From contig CAVRBU010000020.1 of NCBI GenBank assembly GCA_963719315.1, positions 47,014-111,013 of the forward strand: a stretch of DNA of 64,000 bases. Direction: 5' to 3'. The first letter of the stretch is position 1, and every line of letters begins with the position of its first letter. Positions 51,064 through 62,334 of the stretch are shown piece by piece. The notes below the pieces were generated by a model. That model saw only the letters and a list, made by a program, of their open reading frames with translations, was not told the DNA's origin and searched no databases. The DNA comes from an uncultured Planctomycetota bacterium (lineage in GTDB: Bacteria > Planctomycetota > Planctomycetia > Pirellulales > Lacipirellulaceae). Both the position numbers and the translations under genes were made by a program.

Positions 51064-52485
51064 CTAGACTCGCAAGTCTGATGTAGTTGCAACTTCTCCA
51101 TACTGCTTGCGAATCGGCGCAACAACTTCCAACAGAAACTCGCCGACCTGTTCTTTACTGCGGCCTGTGAGTTTGGCGGGATCAATTGCGGCGTCGATAT
51201 CCGCGGCCGCGAAGGCTTTGTCTTGTTTCAGGCGTGCGATGAGATCATTAACGCCGCCTTGCTCTTTGACGACGGCCGCCGCCGCTTGGCTGTGTTGGCG
51301 GATGCGTTCGTGGAGCGTTTGGCGGTCGCCGCCGGCGGCGACGGCGGCCATGAGGATGTTTTCCGTCGCCATGAAGGGCAGTTCTTCGCGGAGATGCTTG
51401 GCAATGACTTGCGGGTAGACCACCAAACCCGACGCCACGTTCTGATACAGAATCAAAACGGCGTCGATCGCCAAGAACGCCTGGGGAATCACCAGCCGGC
51501 GGTTCGCGCTGTCGTCGAGCGTGCGTTCCATCCATTGCGTGGCGTGCGTTTCGTCCGTATTGCTGGCGAGGTTCATTGCGAATCGCGCAAGGCTGCAAAT
51601 ACGCTCGCTTCGCATCGGGTTTCGCTTGTACGCCATGGCCGAGGAGCCGATCTGATCTTTCTCGAACGGTTCTTCGATCTCTTTTCGATTCGCCAGAATT
51701 CGCAGGTCGGTTGCCGCTTTGTGGCTGCTTGCAGCTATGCCGGCGAGCGTGTCGAGTACTGGGACATCGATTTTGCGCGAATACGTTTGCCCTGTGATGG
51801 CGTACGTCGCGTCGAAGCCCATCTTCTTGGCGACGAGTTGCTCGAGCTGCCGTACTTTGGCATGATCGCCGTCGAAGAGTTCCAAAAAGCTGGCCTGTGT
51901 GCCAGTCGTGCCTTTCACGCTGCGGGCTTTCAGAGATGCGATGCGGTGCTCGACTTCCGCCAGATCAAGAACCAGATCGTAAGCCCACAGGCACGCCCGC
52001 CGGCCTACGGTCGTCGGCTGCGCCGGCTGCAAGTGCGTGAAGCTTAAAGTCGGCAGGTCGCGGTACTGTTTTGCGAAGTCGGCGAGCGCAAAGATCACCG
52101 CTGCCAGTCGATTGGCGACCGTCTGCAGCGATTCGCGAATAAGAATGAGATCGGTATTGTCCGTGACGTAACAACTCGTCGCCCCTAGATGAATGATGGG
52201 CCGCGCCGTCGGGCACACGTCGCCATAGGCGTGAACGTGGGCCATCACGTCATGCCGCAACCTGCGTTCGTATTGCTGGGCGGCGTCAAAATTGATGTCG
52301 TCCGTGTGGGCCCGCAGTTCCGCAATTTGCTCCTTCGTCACCGGCAGCCCTAACTCGGCCTCCGCCTCGGCCAACGCGACCCACAGCCGCCGCCAGGTGC
52401 TGAACTTCCGCTGATCGCCCCACAACGTGGCCATCTCGCGCGAGGCATAGCGGCTAATGAGCGGGTTTTCGTAAACGTCGTGCAT
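51064..52485 (-). CDS. purB: Adenylosuccinate lyase
   Basis: [50 protein letters not shown]. Confidence 0.96.
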   Translation of the reverse strand: MHDVYENPLISRYASREMATLWGDQRKFSTWRRLWVALAEAEAELGLPVTKEQIAELRAHTDDINFDAAQQYERRLRHDVMAHVHAYGDVCPTARPIIHLGATSCYVTDNTDLILIRESLQTVANRLAAVIFALADFAKQYRDLPTLSFTHLQPAQPTTVGRRACLWAYDLVLDLAEVEHRIASLKARSVKGTTGTQASFLELFDGDHAKVRQLEQLVAKKMGFDATYAITGQTYSRKIDVPVLDTLAGIAASSHKAATDLRILANRKEIEEPFEKDQIGSSAMAYKRNPMRSERICSLARFAMNLASNTDETHATQWMERTLDDSANRRLVIPQAFLAIDAVLILYQNVASGLVVYPQVIAKHLREELPFMATENILMAAVAAGGDRQTLHERIRQHSQAAAAVVKEQGGVNDLIARLKQDKAFAAADIDAAIDPAKLTGRSKEQVGEFLLEVVAPIRKQYGEVATTSDLRV

Positions 52486-52566
52486 AAGGAAAGGGATTCA
52501 GGATGCGGGATGCGGGATGCAGGGGGCAGTAGCTTTGATTTTGCGTCGGCGGCGACGCCAGATTTG

Positions 52567-52812
52567 CTACGCGTTCGTATTATCATCCGGCGGATGTTCC
52601 AGCAGCACAACCACCGCCAGAACAAGGATTAGTCCAACCAGGCTTATCGACCAAACGGCGAGGCAGGCGGTTTCGACGTGGCCGATGAAGGCCGCGCCCG
52701 CCGGGTCGCCCATGCTGATTACGAGGCCGCGAACCCAAATCAACACGCAATAGACGATAGGCAGTGCGAGCGCCAGCGTCAGGAGTGTTTTGAGCGAGTT
52801 GTGCAAGGTCAT
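52567..52812 (-). CDS. Hypothetical two-TM membrane protein
   Basis: Two hydrophobic helices separated by MGDPAGA. Confidence 0.6.
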   Translation of the reverse strand: MTLHNSLKTLLTLALALPIVYCVLIWVRGLVISMGDPAGAAFIGHVETACLAVWSISLVGLILVLAVVVLLEHPPDDNTNA

Positions 52813-53079
52813 GGGTCACAGGCCGCTGAAGGGGCCTATCTGTCGGAAGCGCTGCGGGGCGAGCGATGGGACCAAGCCGCCACCGTTTTCGCCGGGCGGG
52901 CAGGCGGTGTCAATGCACTGCAATGATACAGAGCAGAACCGGAATAGTCTGTAATATCGACCCAGAACCAGCGCCGAGCCAGCGGCTATTCCGTTGACCG
53001 TGTGGGGAAGCATAGGACAATGGAACTAGACGTTTTGCCATCTCCCCAAATACAGACATTCCGTGATCGAGATAAGTTC

Positions 53080-55449
53080 GTGCAGCTAACCCGAAATCGT
53101 TGGAACCGACGAGCCTCCTGCGCACTCGCTGTTTTGCTGTTAAGTTCGTGGCCGGCCGCCGCACAAACGCTGCTGCTCAAAGATGGCCGCAAACTCGAAG
53201 GCAAATACGCCGAGCTTGCGAGCATCGCCGAAAACCCGCTGTCGCCGAAGGCGCCCGCCGGCGAAGTGCCGGTGACGCCGCTGATTGTGGTGGATGATGG
53301 CTTGCGGCGAACGTATGTCCACACCTTTCAAGTCAAGCAAGTGCTCGAAGACAAATCGGGCCGCGACGTGCGAATCAACATCTGGCAGCCGGTGGCGGAG
53401 CAGGGGGGCGGCGTTGTCGGCCGGGTGGGCAAGGCCACCAAGATTACGCCCTTCGATGAATACGGCCGGCGAATTTACGAAATGCAAACCGCGGAGGGGC
53501 CACTTGCCGTCGTCCAGGGCATCACGCAGATCACGCCTCTGTATACGAAAATCGAAGGTCTCAGCGGCGGCACGCGGCCAATCGTGTGGGACATGCGCGT
53601 CGCCACGAGCAGCATCCCGCGCGATGTGCTCAGCAAGGTTCTGGCAAAATCCGTGAAGCCGGGCGACATCGAGGGCCGGCTGCAACTCGTGCGACTCTAC
53701 CTCGCCAGTGAACGCTACCGCGATGCCGGAATCGAGCTCGAACAAACTCTCAAAGAGTTCCCCCAGCGACAGGACCTGCAACAAGACATCAAACAACTCC
53801 GCCAACTCGGCGCAAAGCTCGTCGTGAAAGAAATTCAACTCCGCGCAGGCGCCGGGCAACACAAGCTCGTGCGGAATCTGCTGACCCAATTTCCGTCGGA
53901 AGGCGTGGCTGGCGAAACATTACAACAAGTGCGCGAGCTGCTCGATAAATACGCCGCCGAAGACGCCCGCCGCCAGAAGGTGTTGGATGAGCTCAATGCC
54001 CAGGTCGCGTCGATTGCCGACGAAAACGGTCGAAAGTTAGCCGAAGCGTTTGTGAAAGAAATCACCACTGAAGCGAACGAGGACGCCATCGCCCGGCTGG
54101 CGTCTTTCGAGCGGCTGGCGGACGACGTGGCCCTCAAGCCGGAACAAAAAGTCGCTCTCGCCATCAGCGGCTGGCTGGTGGGTTCCAACCAGGCGACCGA
54201 CAATTTTCAAACGGCGGTCTCGCTCGCCCACGCCCGCGACAAGATTCTCGCGTACCTGCGAGAGCCGCTGGCGCAAAACCGTAGCCAGATGGCGTCCGAC
54301 CTGCGCGACATGGAGGGGGCGTCGATCGAGCGCATTGCGCAAATGCTGAAGCTCATGAAGCCGCCGTTCGAAGCGACGAAGCAGAGCGAGCGCGGCCCGC
54401 GGCTGCATGAATTCAGCGTTGCTGGACTGGTTGGCGAAGCCGATGTGCGATACCTTGTACAGCTTCCTCCCGAGTACGATCCGCTGCGGCACTACCCGAC
54501 GATCGTCACGCTCTCGGACTCCGGCGTATCGCCCGAGCAGATGATCGACTTTTGGGCCGGCCCGGCGGACAAGGAGAAGGGCGCCGACCGAGCGGGTCAG
54601 GCGACTCGTCGCGGGTACATCGTGATTTCCATCGATTGGCAGCAGCCCCATCAATTCGCGTACAAATACTCGGATCGAGAGCATTACGCCTTGCTCAGCT
54701 CACTCCGCGACGCCTGCCGCCACTTTTCGGTCGACACCGATCGCGTCTACCTGACGGGACACGGCATGGGAGGCGACGCAGTGTGGGATATCGCCCTCGC
54801 ACACCCCGACGTGTGGGCCGGTGTGATTCCGTTCGTGGCCGTGGCCAACAAGTTCGTCAATCGCTACGCCAAGAACGCCCCGTATGTCTCCTGGTACATC
54901 GTCGCCGGCGAGCTAGATGGCGACAAAATGACCAGCAACTCCGTCGAGTTCGATCGATACTTGAAACCGAACACCGATATCACCGTGGTCGAGTACCTGG
55001 GTCGCGGGTACGAACCGTTCGGCGACGAAATCCAGCGCATCTTCGATTGGATGGGACGCCGCCAGAAGAGGACGCCCAAACAAATCGATTGCGTCACGAT
55101 GCGACCGTGGGACAACTTCTTCTGGTGGCTGGAAGCAGAGGGCTTGCCGCCGAAGTCGATGGTTGCGCCCGGCAGTTGGCCACCCCCGCGCGGCGTGAGG
55201 CCGGCCCCGGTCATTGGCAAGCGCCTGGAGACCAACAAGGTGACCGTCACATTGCAGGCGAACAAGGTTACCGTCTGGCTCTCGCCCGACCTGGTCGATT
55301 TCGGTCAACAATTAGTGGTCGAAGTGAACAACCACAATCTGTCACCGCGCGATCGATTTGTGCGGCCCGATGTCGGCGTGCTCTTGGAAGACGTTCGCAC
55401 GCGAGCCGATCGACAGCACCCGTTCTGGGCGAAGCTTTCAACGCAGTGA
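53080..55449 (+). CDS. Large secreted alpha/beta-hydrolase (peptidase/esterase-like) protein
   Basis: Signal peptide, YLVQLPPEYDP...YPTIV, DRVYLTGHGMGG, HPDVWAGVIP; start uncertain (53002-53080). Confidence 0.8.
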   Translation: MQLTRNRWNRRASCALAVLLLSSWPAAAQTLLLKDGRKLEGKYAELASIAENPLSPKAPAGEVPVTPLIVVDDGLRRTYVHTFQVKQVLEDKSGRDVRINIWQPVAEQGGGVVGRVGKATKITPFDEYGRRIYEMQTAEGPLAVVQGITQITPLYTKIEGLSGGTRPIVWDMRVATSSIPRDVLSKVLAKSVKPGDIEGRLQLVRLYLASERYRDAGIELEQTLKEFPQRQDLQQDIKQLRQLGAKLVVKEIQLRAGAGQHKLVRNLLTQFPSEGVAGETLQQVRELLDKYAAEDARRQKVLDELNAQVASIADENGRKLAEAFVKEITTEANEDAIARLASFERLADDVALKPEQKVALAISGWLVGSNQATDNFQTAVSLAHARDKILAYLREPLAQNRSQMASDLRDMEGASIERIAQMLKLMKPPFEATKQSERGPRLHEFSVAGLVGEADVRYLVQLPPEYDPLRHYPTIVTLSDSGVSPEQMIDFWAGPADKEKGADRAGQATRRGYIVISIDWQQPHQFAYKYSDREHYALLSSLRDACRHFSVDTDRVYLTGHGMGGDAVWDIALAHPDVWAGVIPFVAVANKFVNRYAKNAPYVSWYIVAGELDGDKMTSNSVEFDRYLKPNTDITVVEYLGRGYEPFGDEIQRIFDWMGRRQKRTPKQIDCVTMRPWDNFFWWLEAEGLPPKSMVAPGSWPPPRGVRPAPVIGKRLETNKVTVTLQANKVTVWLSPDLVDFGQQLVVEVNNHNLSPRDRFVRPDVGVLLEDVRTRADRQHPFWAKLSTQ

Positions 55450-55543
55450 CGGAGCGCCGTCGCCTAGCGCCGGCGGTAACGCTGGATTCGCGCGGGCAAC
55501 GATTATTTCAGTTGATTCGGCGTGGGCGCCGACGCTAATGCGC

Positions 55544-57469
55544 CTATGGCGCTTCCTTATTCAACACCGCGCCAGTAATGAACCAGCCGTCTTGTTCGCT
55601 TTGGACAATCCTCCCGTGCGGTCCGAAGTACCGCCGCACGGATTCGAACTCGGGCAGGTTCGCCCCGTCGATCCGCTGCTTGCGCGGCGTGCCCGCTTTG
55701 CGGTCGGCCTCGGTCGTGAACATATTGTTGAGGAGCTTGCCCAGCATCGACTTGGACTCGGGCATTCTCCCTTCGCGAATCATTTCGTATGCCGGGCGGA
55801 CTTCTTCCTCGCCTCGGCCGAATGCCCAGCCGCTCCGTTCCCCGGGGACCAGCTTGTTCATCACTTCGATCATCTGCTGGTAGTCGGCGCTGCTGGCCAG
55901 CCGTTCTCGTTGAGCGAAGCCCTGCAATAGGTCGGTCAAGTATTCGGTGTCCGAGGCCAACAGCAGGTGACCCAAAGCGACGGTCACCGCGGAGTTTGGA
56001 ATCACATGTTCGCGTTCTTTTTTGGGCGTGCCCGATTTTCCACCACTGGATTTTTTCGTCGTGAAGCCCTTTATTTCGATTTCCGGCTCCGCGATGGCGT
56101 TTGCCTTGGACGTGCGCTCCCAAATCACGTAGGGACCAACCTCCCGCCGCTTCATGTCCCGCTCGTTGGCCATCCACTTTTCCAGCGTTTTGCTCAGCGC
56201 TTTCTCATTCGTCGCCTCGATGGCGAAGACGCTTCGTTCGCTGTTTTCGGTGATCGGCGTATCGTAGGTGGTCATGACCGAAATGCGATTGCCTAAATTG
56301 CCGACAAAGTCCTTGCGGACGTCCACCTGCGGGCCGTAGGGGTCGGTGGTCCAACCTTCGAGTGTATTCTTCCAGGCGTCTTCGTGTTCCTGGAGCGCGT
56401 CGAAAATGGGACCGACGTTGTCGAACGCATCGGTGAGTTTCATGTTCATCGTCGTATAGCTGGCCAACATCCGCGGTGCCCACGATTGCGGTTCGGTGGG
56501 AGGGCCATTTGGAAATTGCATCATCCGCATCGAGAGGTTCCATCGCAGAGGATCGGCCTCTTTGCCCTTCACGGGCGGCGCGTAGATCGATGTGCGGAGG
56601 AGAAATTCGATGTGGCCTTCCACCATTTGATTGACGTAACCGCCGGCGCCTTGAATGGCGTCGAAACCGTTCTCGTAGAGAAGCTTTGCTGTATCCTGGT
56701 CTTTGCGCCGCGCCGTTTGGCGGAGCGAGCGTGTCGCTGTGATGAACCCGAACGGCTCGACGAACCACCGCGCTTCGGGCTCCATGCTGCCGGCCTCTTT
56801 GCGGCAGCGTTCCATCGTGGTGGTGTAGGCCGGCACGGATTTCAGATTGTCGGTCGCATTGCCGCCAAAGCGTTTGAGCATCGCCTCGGCTTCAGCACGG
56901 TCGTCGACGCCACAGAGCAAATTGTCCTTGATGAAATAAACAGTTTGCTGTGTTGTGCTCGGCTTATCGGTCGGCACGGTGAATACGTGCAGCGTGGTGT
57001 CGCCGACTTTGGTCGTTGACTTCTTGCCGTTTCGACCCGCGAACCGCTTTTCCACGGCCGCCAACAAACCCTCGGCCTCCTTCTGCTTGCCCGTGACGTC
57101 GATCGTGATCGCCATCGCCGCATCGGGTTCTTTGCGCTCGATGACCGAGAGGCTCAACTCGCCGGCCGTCACGCCTTTCAAGTCATCCGGCGTGATTCCC
57201 AGTTTCCGCTGAACCGCGCCAAACTCGTCGTTGAGTTGCTTGCGAAAGTCCTCGACGAACGGCTGCATGGTCTCGTCGTTGAGCAGTTGACCGAGTTGGG
57301 TTTTGTCCCACTGATCCTGAAACTGCTTGGGATGGGCGACCGAGACGTAGCCCTTGGTTGTATTCGGTAGAAGCGTGTCGCTGGGCGGGCCAGCCCAGGC
57401 GGGTGCAGCCATCAGCACGAGGAGCGAGATCGCCCACAAACGGAGGTAAACGGTTATGACAGCCTGCAA
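55544..57469 (-). CDS. Hypothetical secreted protein
   Basis: TTG start after AGGAG, signal peptide AAPAWA, SDTLLP motif; long high-GC3 ORF. Confidence 0.75.
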   Translation of the reverse strand: MQAVITVYLRLWAISLLVLMAAPAWAGPPSDTLLPNTTKGYVSVAHPKQFQDQWDKTQLGQLLNDETMQPFVEDFRKQLNDEFGAVQRKLGITPDDLKGVTAGELSLSVIERKEPDAAMAITIDVTGKQKEAEGLLAAVEKRFAGRNGKKSTTKVGDTTLHVFTVPTDKPSTTQQTVYFIKDNLLCGVDDRAEAEAMLKRFGGNATDNLKSVPAYTTTMERCRKEAGSMEPEARWFVEPFGFITATRSLRQTARRKDQDTAKLLYENGFDAIQGAGGYVNQMVEGHIEFLLRTSIYAPPVKGKEADPLRWNLSMRMMQFPNGPPTEPQSWAPRMLASYTTMNMKLTDAFDNVGPIFDALQEHEDAWKNTLEGWTTDPYGPQVDVRKDFVGNLGNRISVMTTYDTPITENSERSVFAIEATNEKALSKTLEKWMANERDMKRREVGPYVIWERTSKANAIAEPEIEIKGFTTKKSSGGKSGTPKKEREHVIPNSAVTVALGHLLLASDTEYLTDLLQGFAQRERLASSADYQQMIEVMNKLVPGERSGWAFGRGEEEVRPAYEMIREGRMPESKSMLGKLLNNMFTTEADRKAGTPRKQRIDGANLPEFESVRRYFGPHGRIVQSEQDGWFITGAVLNKEAP

Positions 57470-57803
57470 GGTGGAGTCTCCTGGACGCGCGGAGGGGATG
57501 GGGTAGGGGGGGCACGTCGCGCGGGACCATCCTTGCCCAAAACGACTTTCCCTCATCAGTCATCGGCCGGCGGCGTGCCCGAGCCTTCATGGCTTAGGAA
57601 ATGCCGGCAAAATTTGCCGGCCGCGTTCATCCTTGCGGTCATTATAGCGAGTCACCGCCCGCCCCAACGACCGGCAAACGCGGTAATTGTTACCAAATTA
57701 GCTGGATAGCTGGGGTCGAGCGCCGCGAGCTCCCAGCGCGCAGGACGGGCGAAAACGTACCGATCGACTGGCCCCAAATCAAGCCCAACACCCAAGATAC
57801 GTC

Positions 57804-59504
57804 CTAATTCACCAACTCCCGCCGCCGGCTCAGATAATCCCATACCACATACCGGTCCAAGTCCCGCCCAGCCGTGAAGAACACTCGGCCCGCCGTCGAC
57901 TCCGCTAGCCGGAATGCGAACCGCACGTCCTCCTCGGACTGCGACCAACTCGGCAGCAAAAACAGATTGATCGTTATACCTTCGCGCTGGCAGGCCGCCC
58001 CTTCGCGCATTGTGGCCGCCTCGGTCCGCGGGTCGGGCGGGTAGAGCAGGTACAGCATTTGGCCCTCGAAGTGGGCCGTCGGCAGACCATCCGTGATGAG
58101 AATGATCTGCCGGTTGGGAGTGTCCTGCGTGGCGAGCAGACGGCGGGCGAGTTGCAGCCCGTGCTGCAAATTCGTGAAGTGGGGCGGAATGCGATGCTCG
58201 CTGATGTCGTCGCGGCTCATATCGGCACGCAGCGCGATCACCGGATCGAACAGCGTGACCGGCTTTGGCATCAGGTTGGCGATCCGCCCCGGCTCGACCA
58301 ATTTGGCGAACGAATAGATCTCGATGAACCGCAGCCAGTCGCCGGGATACTCGGAGCTAATCAAACCTTCGAGCGCCAGCCCCATGCGTTTGACGTTGAT
58401 ATATTGCCCGTCGTATCGCATCGAGCCGCTCATATCCATGAGCACACACGTCGCGCACTTCGGCGTGTTGCGCGTGCGATGGACTTGAATGTCGCTGCCA
58501 TTGAACTGCACTGGGAGGCCCGGCCCGCCGCGTACCAGCGCGTTGAGGAACGTACCCGTGATATCCAGGTTGGCGATCGAGTCGCCGAACTCGTACTGCT
58601 TGGTCGCTTGCAGTTCGACGGCCCCTTCGCCAACGATCGGCCCCTGGTGCCGCCCCGTGCGCGACGGCGCCAACTCGCGAAACAATCGCTCCAACAGCTT
58701 GCCCTGAAATAGCCGCAAGGCTTTCGGCGTGAGGCGATAGCTGCCCGCCTTTTGCTCCAACCCTTGCTGCTCCGCCATCTGCCGGAGATAATCCTGAACC
58801 TGCTGCTGGAGTGCACTGAGCTGGTCAACATCGCCCGGCTCGGCAAACTCCGAGAGCAGGTCCATATCGATGATGCCAATTTGGGCTGTCTTGCGGGCCT
58901 CTTCGAGCTGCTTCAAGAGCTCGTCGATCTTCTCTAGCTCTTCCTTGACCGCGATTGCCTTTGGCATGGTCATGGTTTCGTTGCCCGTGAAATCGTACTT
59001 TCCGGCTAGCTCATCGACTTCGTATTTTTCGCCGAGCCGTTCAATGACGCTGACGAGCGCACAGGCCCAAGGCGATTGGTCATCGCCGGCCGCATACCAC
59101 AATCGTTCGAGGTCGCGAATCTGCTCGGTCTTCACCGCTTTGTAAAACGGATCACGAAACTTCTTCGGCACCTTGGTCTCGGTCGCCTGGTCGCCAAACG
59201 CCTGCTGCGCCCGCTGACGAACCGTCTTCGTTTCGTACCGCGCCAGGATCTTGCGTTTGCGCTCTTCCAGCATCGCGATGAGCGCATCGATGCTCGGGCC
59301 GAGACCGGCAATCTGGCTGGGATCGAGATGAATTGCCCGGGCTAATTCTTCCTCGGTCAGTTCGCGATGCTCACCGAACATGAGCATGTGTTCCATCGCC
59401 GCCGACGCCAAATCGGGCGGCGGCTGCGTCGGGCTCGGAAATCGAGCAGGGTCGTACTTCTGGTAAGAGTGGATGACGCCGCCCAGAGTATTGCGATTGG
59501 CCAT
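57804..59504 (-). CDS. von Willebrand factor type A domain protein
   Basis: MIDAS motif DMSGSM, TNLQHGL, ILITDGLPTAH. Confidence 0.88.
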   Translation of the reverse strand: MANRNTLGGVIHSYQKYDPARFPSPTQPPPDLASAAMEHMLMFGEHRELTEEELARAIHLDPSQIAGLGPSIDALIAMLEERKRKILARYETKTVRQRAQQAFGDQATETKVPKKFRDPFYKAVKTEQIRDLERLWYAAGDDQSPWACALVSVIERLGEKYEVDELAGKYDFTGNETMTMPKAIAVKEELEKIDELLKQLEEARKTAQIGIIDMDLLSEFAEPGDVDQLSALQQQVQDYLRQMAEQQGLEQKAGSYRLTPKALRLFQGKLLERLFRELAPSRTGRHQGPIVGEGAVELQATKQYEFGDSIANLDITGTFLNALVRGGPGLPVQFNGSDIQVHRTRNTPKCATCVLMDMSGSMRYDGQYINVKRMGLALEGLISSEYPGDWLRFIEIYSFAKLVEPGRIANLMPKPVTLFDPVIALRADMSRDDISEHRIPPHFTNLQHGLQLARRLLATQDTPNRQIILITDGLPTAHFEGQMLYLLYPPDPRTEAATMREGAACQREGITINLFLLPSWSQSEEDVRFAFRLAESTAGRVFFTAGRDLDRYVVWDYLSRRRELVN

Positions 59505-59619
59505 GGGATTGCGAAGCGGAACAAGCGAGAGCGGGCAAATAACTTGGCAATTATACCCGTCTTCGGCGCAAAAAAGTGGCCCGTTTTGCTGTTTCCTAAA
59601 GATCCTCGATTGCCCGACG

Positions 59620-59850
59620 GCCTGTTCCCCACGTTGGGCGCGCCGTTGTTCAACCAATTCGGCAGCGAAATCGATTTCGGCTTCCCGCCCACACTGACCC
59701 TGGCTGCAGGCTCGCCCGGCGGCACACTCATCTCTTACACGCTCGACGGCTCCGACCCCCGCGCCGCCGGCGGCGGTTAGAGTCCATCCGCAACGCTCTA
59801 CAGCGGTCCAATCGCACTCGATTCAGCGACTAGTGCCACTCGACCTGGCG
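59620..59850 (+). pseudogene. Gene fragment: Fn3-associated/chitobiase C-terminal-like domain
   Basis: APLFNQFG...ISYTLDGSDPRAAGGG*SPSATLYSGPIAL; internal stop, no start or context. Confidence 0.6.
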
Positions 59851-60098
59851 TTGACAGAGCTCGATTGAGACGCAGCCGGGGGCCATCCAGATCGATTTAT
59901 TCAGGACGGAGAGCAAGAAAGATTTCTCGCCATCAACCGGTCCATTCGTTCCCGCATTTTTGATGACCATCCGAGTGCGCAGCACAAAAGGCCAATCCGT
60001 CCGAATCATAAAGCCGGTCCACGTCCACATTTTCCGCGATTATACTGGTAAATGGCTAACTCTTGTTCCAGACCGCCGGTAATCAAGCTTCCGCACCT

Positions 60099-62322
60099 AT
60101 GAATCCGCTTTCTTGGCTCCGCAACTCGAAAAACGGCGATCGGCAACCCGCCGCCCATATGACCTGGGCCCACACCAGCGTCGGGCACACCATCTCGCGC
60201 ACCGGCCTGTTTCTCAAACGCCAGATTTGGATTTGGCCGATCCTGGCCGTCGTGCTGCTTTCATTGATCGGGTTCATCGTCCGGCAGTCGATCGAGAGCA
60301 CGATGCGTGTCGGCTTGCAGTCGCAATTGCAGACGCTTGTCGACTTGGAAGCGGCGATGCTCGAATCGTGGTCGCACGTGCAGGAGTCGAACGCCCAGTC
60401 GCTGGCGAACAACGTCGACATTCGCCAAACAATCTATCCGCTGCTCGAATCGCCGCCCGGCGATACCGCGGCGGCGGGTGAGGCCTTCGCCGCTCTGCGG
60501 GCCAAGCTCAATAAGTCACTCGGCCCGGCGCTCACTGCCCACAAGTACTCCGGCTACATCGTCTTCGACAAGAAGAAACGAATCGTCGCCGCTGGGAGGC
60601 CCGAGCTCATCGGTCAGCAGGACCTCCCGGAATACGAGCCGTTTCTACCCGACGCGCTGGACGGGGCCACCAAAATCTCACCGCCGTTTCACAGCATGGT
60701 GTTGATGAAGGACGAGACGGGCCGAATGCGAACCGGTAATCCGACGATGTTCGTCGCCGCGCCGATCCGCGACGACAGTTTTCAAGTCGTCGGCGTGCTG
60801 GCGTTGCGGATCGATCCCGACAAAGAATTCAGCCGGATCATGAATCTGGGCCGTTTCGGCGAATCGGGCGAGACGTACGCGATCGACAAAAGCGGCCGCA
60901 TGGTTTCCAACAGCCGCTTCGACGACAGCATGATCCTGCTCGGCCTGTTGCCCGATCAAGAGAACTCTCGTTCGCTCCTGCAACTACTGGTCCGCGACCC
61001 AGGCGGCGACATTACGCATGGCTTTCGTCCCAAAGCGCGCCGCAACGAGTTACCCCTTACGTTCGCGGCTGCCGAAGCCATCGCCGGGCGGCCGGGCGTG
61101 AATGTCGAGGGCTACCGCGATTATCGCGGCGTCGATGTCGTCGGCGCTTGGAAGTGGCTGCCGACGAACGACGTCGGCGTCATCACGGAGATAGATTACG
61201 CTGAGGCGTTCCACCCGCTGTCGATCCTGCGCTGGACCTTCTGGGGCCTGTTCGGTTTGCTCGCCCTCAGCGCCGCCGCGATCTTCGTCTTCACTCTCAT
61301 GCTGGCACACTCGCGTCGCGAAGCTCAAAAGGCCGCGATTGAAGCCCAACAAATTGGCCAGTACAAGCTCGAACGCAAGCTCGGTTCCGGCGGCATGGGC
61401 GTCGTCTACAAGGCCCACCACGCGATGCTCCGCCGCCCGACGGCCGTAAAGATGCTCGATGTCGACAAGGTCAACGCTGGCGCCCTCGAACGCTTCGAAC
61501 GCGAAGTGCAAATCACCAGCCAACTCAACAATCCGAACACGGTGGCGATCTACGATTACGGCCGCACGCCGGAGGGCGTCTTCTATTACGCCATGGAATA
61601 TTTGGACGGCATCGATTTGCAAACGCTCGTCGAGCGTTACGGCCCGCCATCCGTGCCGCGTGTGATCCACATCCTGCAGCAAGTCTGCGGCTCGCTGTAC
61701 GAGGCCCATTCGCTCGGCCTGGTGCATCGCGATATCAAGCCGGCCAACATCATGCTCAACCGTCGCGGCGGCCAGCCGGACGTGGTGAAGGTGCTCGACT
61801 TCGGCCTCGTAAAAGCGCTCGATGAACAAAAGCAAGCCGGCCTCACACAACAAACGTTCGCTCACCGGGACACCACTCTACATGTCGCCCGAGGCGATTC
61901 AGCTGCCGAGCTCCGTCGATGCACGCAGCGATATCTACGCCGTGGGCGCCGTTGGTTATTTCCTGCTCACCGGTGCGCCGGTGTTCGAGGCCGACAGCGT
62001 CGTTGACTTGTGTCAGAAGCACGTTGCTACGCCGCCGACGCCCCCTTCTGAACGCACGCGAACGCCCATCCCGGCCGCACTTGAGGCTGCTCTCTTGTCG
62101 TGCCTGGAGAAATCGCGCGCGAAGCGACCGCAAACTGCACGCGATCTCGCAGCGCTTATTTCCCGCTGTCCCGAAGCGCTCGAATGGTCGGTCGAAGACG
62201 CCGACGCTTGGTGGGGCCGCCACGAGCGTGGCGTGGCGATTGGTTCCTCATCGCCAGCCCCCATGTCCGCCAGCCGCACCGCCACCCAGGGCCACGACAT
62301 GACCATCGACCAACCGCGGTAG
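60099..62322 (+). CDS. Membrane Ser/Thr protein kinase with periplasmic Cache-like sensor, frameshift ~61855
   Basis: TM-sensor (YRDYRGVDVVGAW)-TM; LGSGGMGVVYKA, HRDIKPANI, KVLDFGL; TGTPLYMSPE in another frame. Confidence 0.9.
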
Positions 62323-62334
62323 GGACTACGCCTT

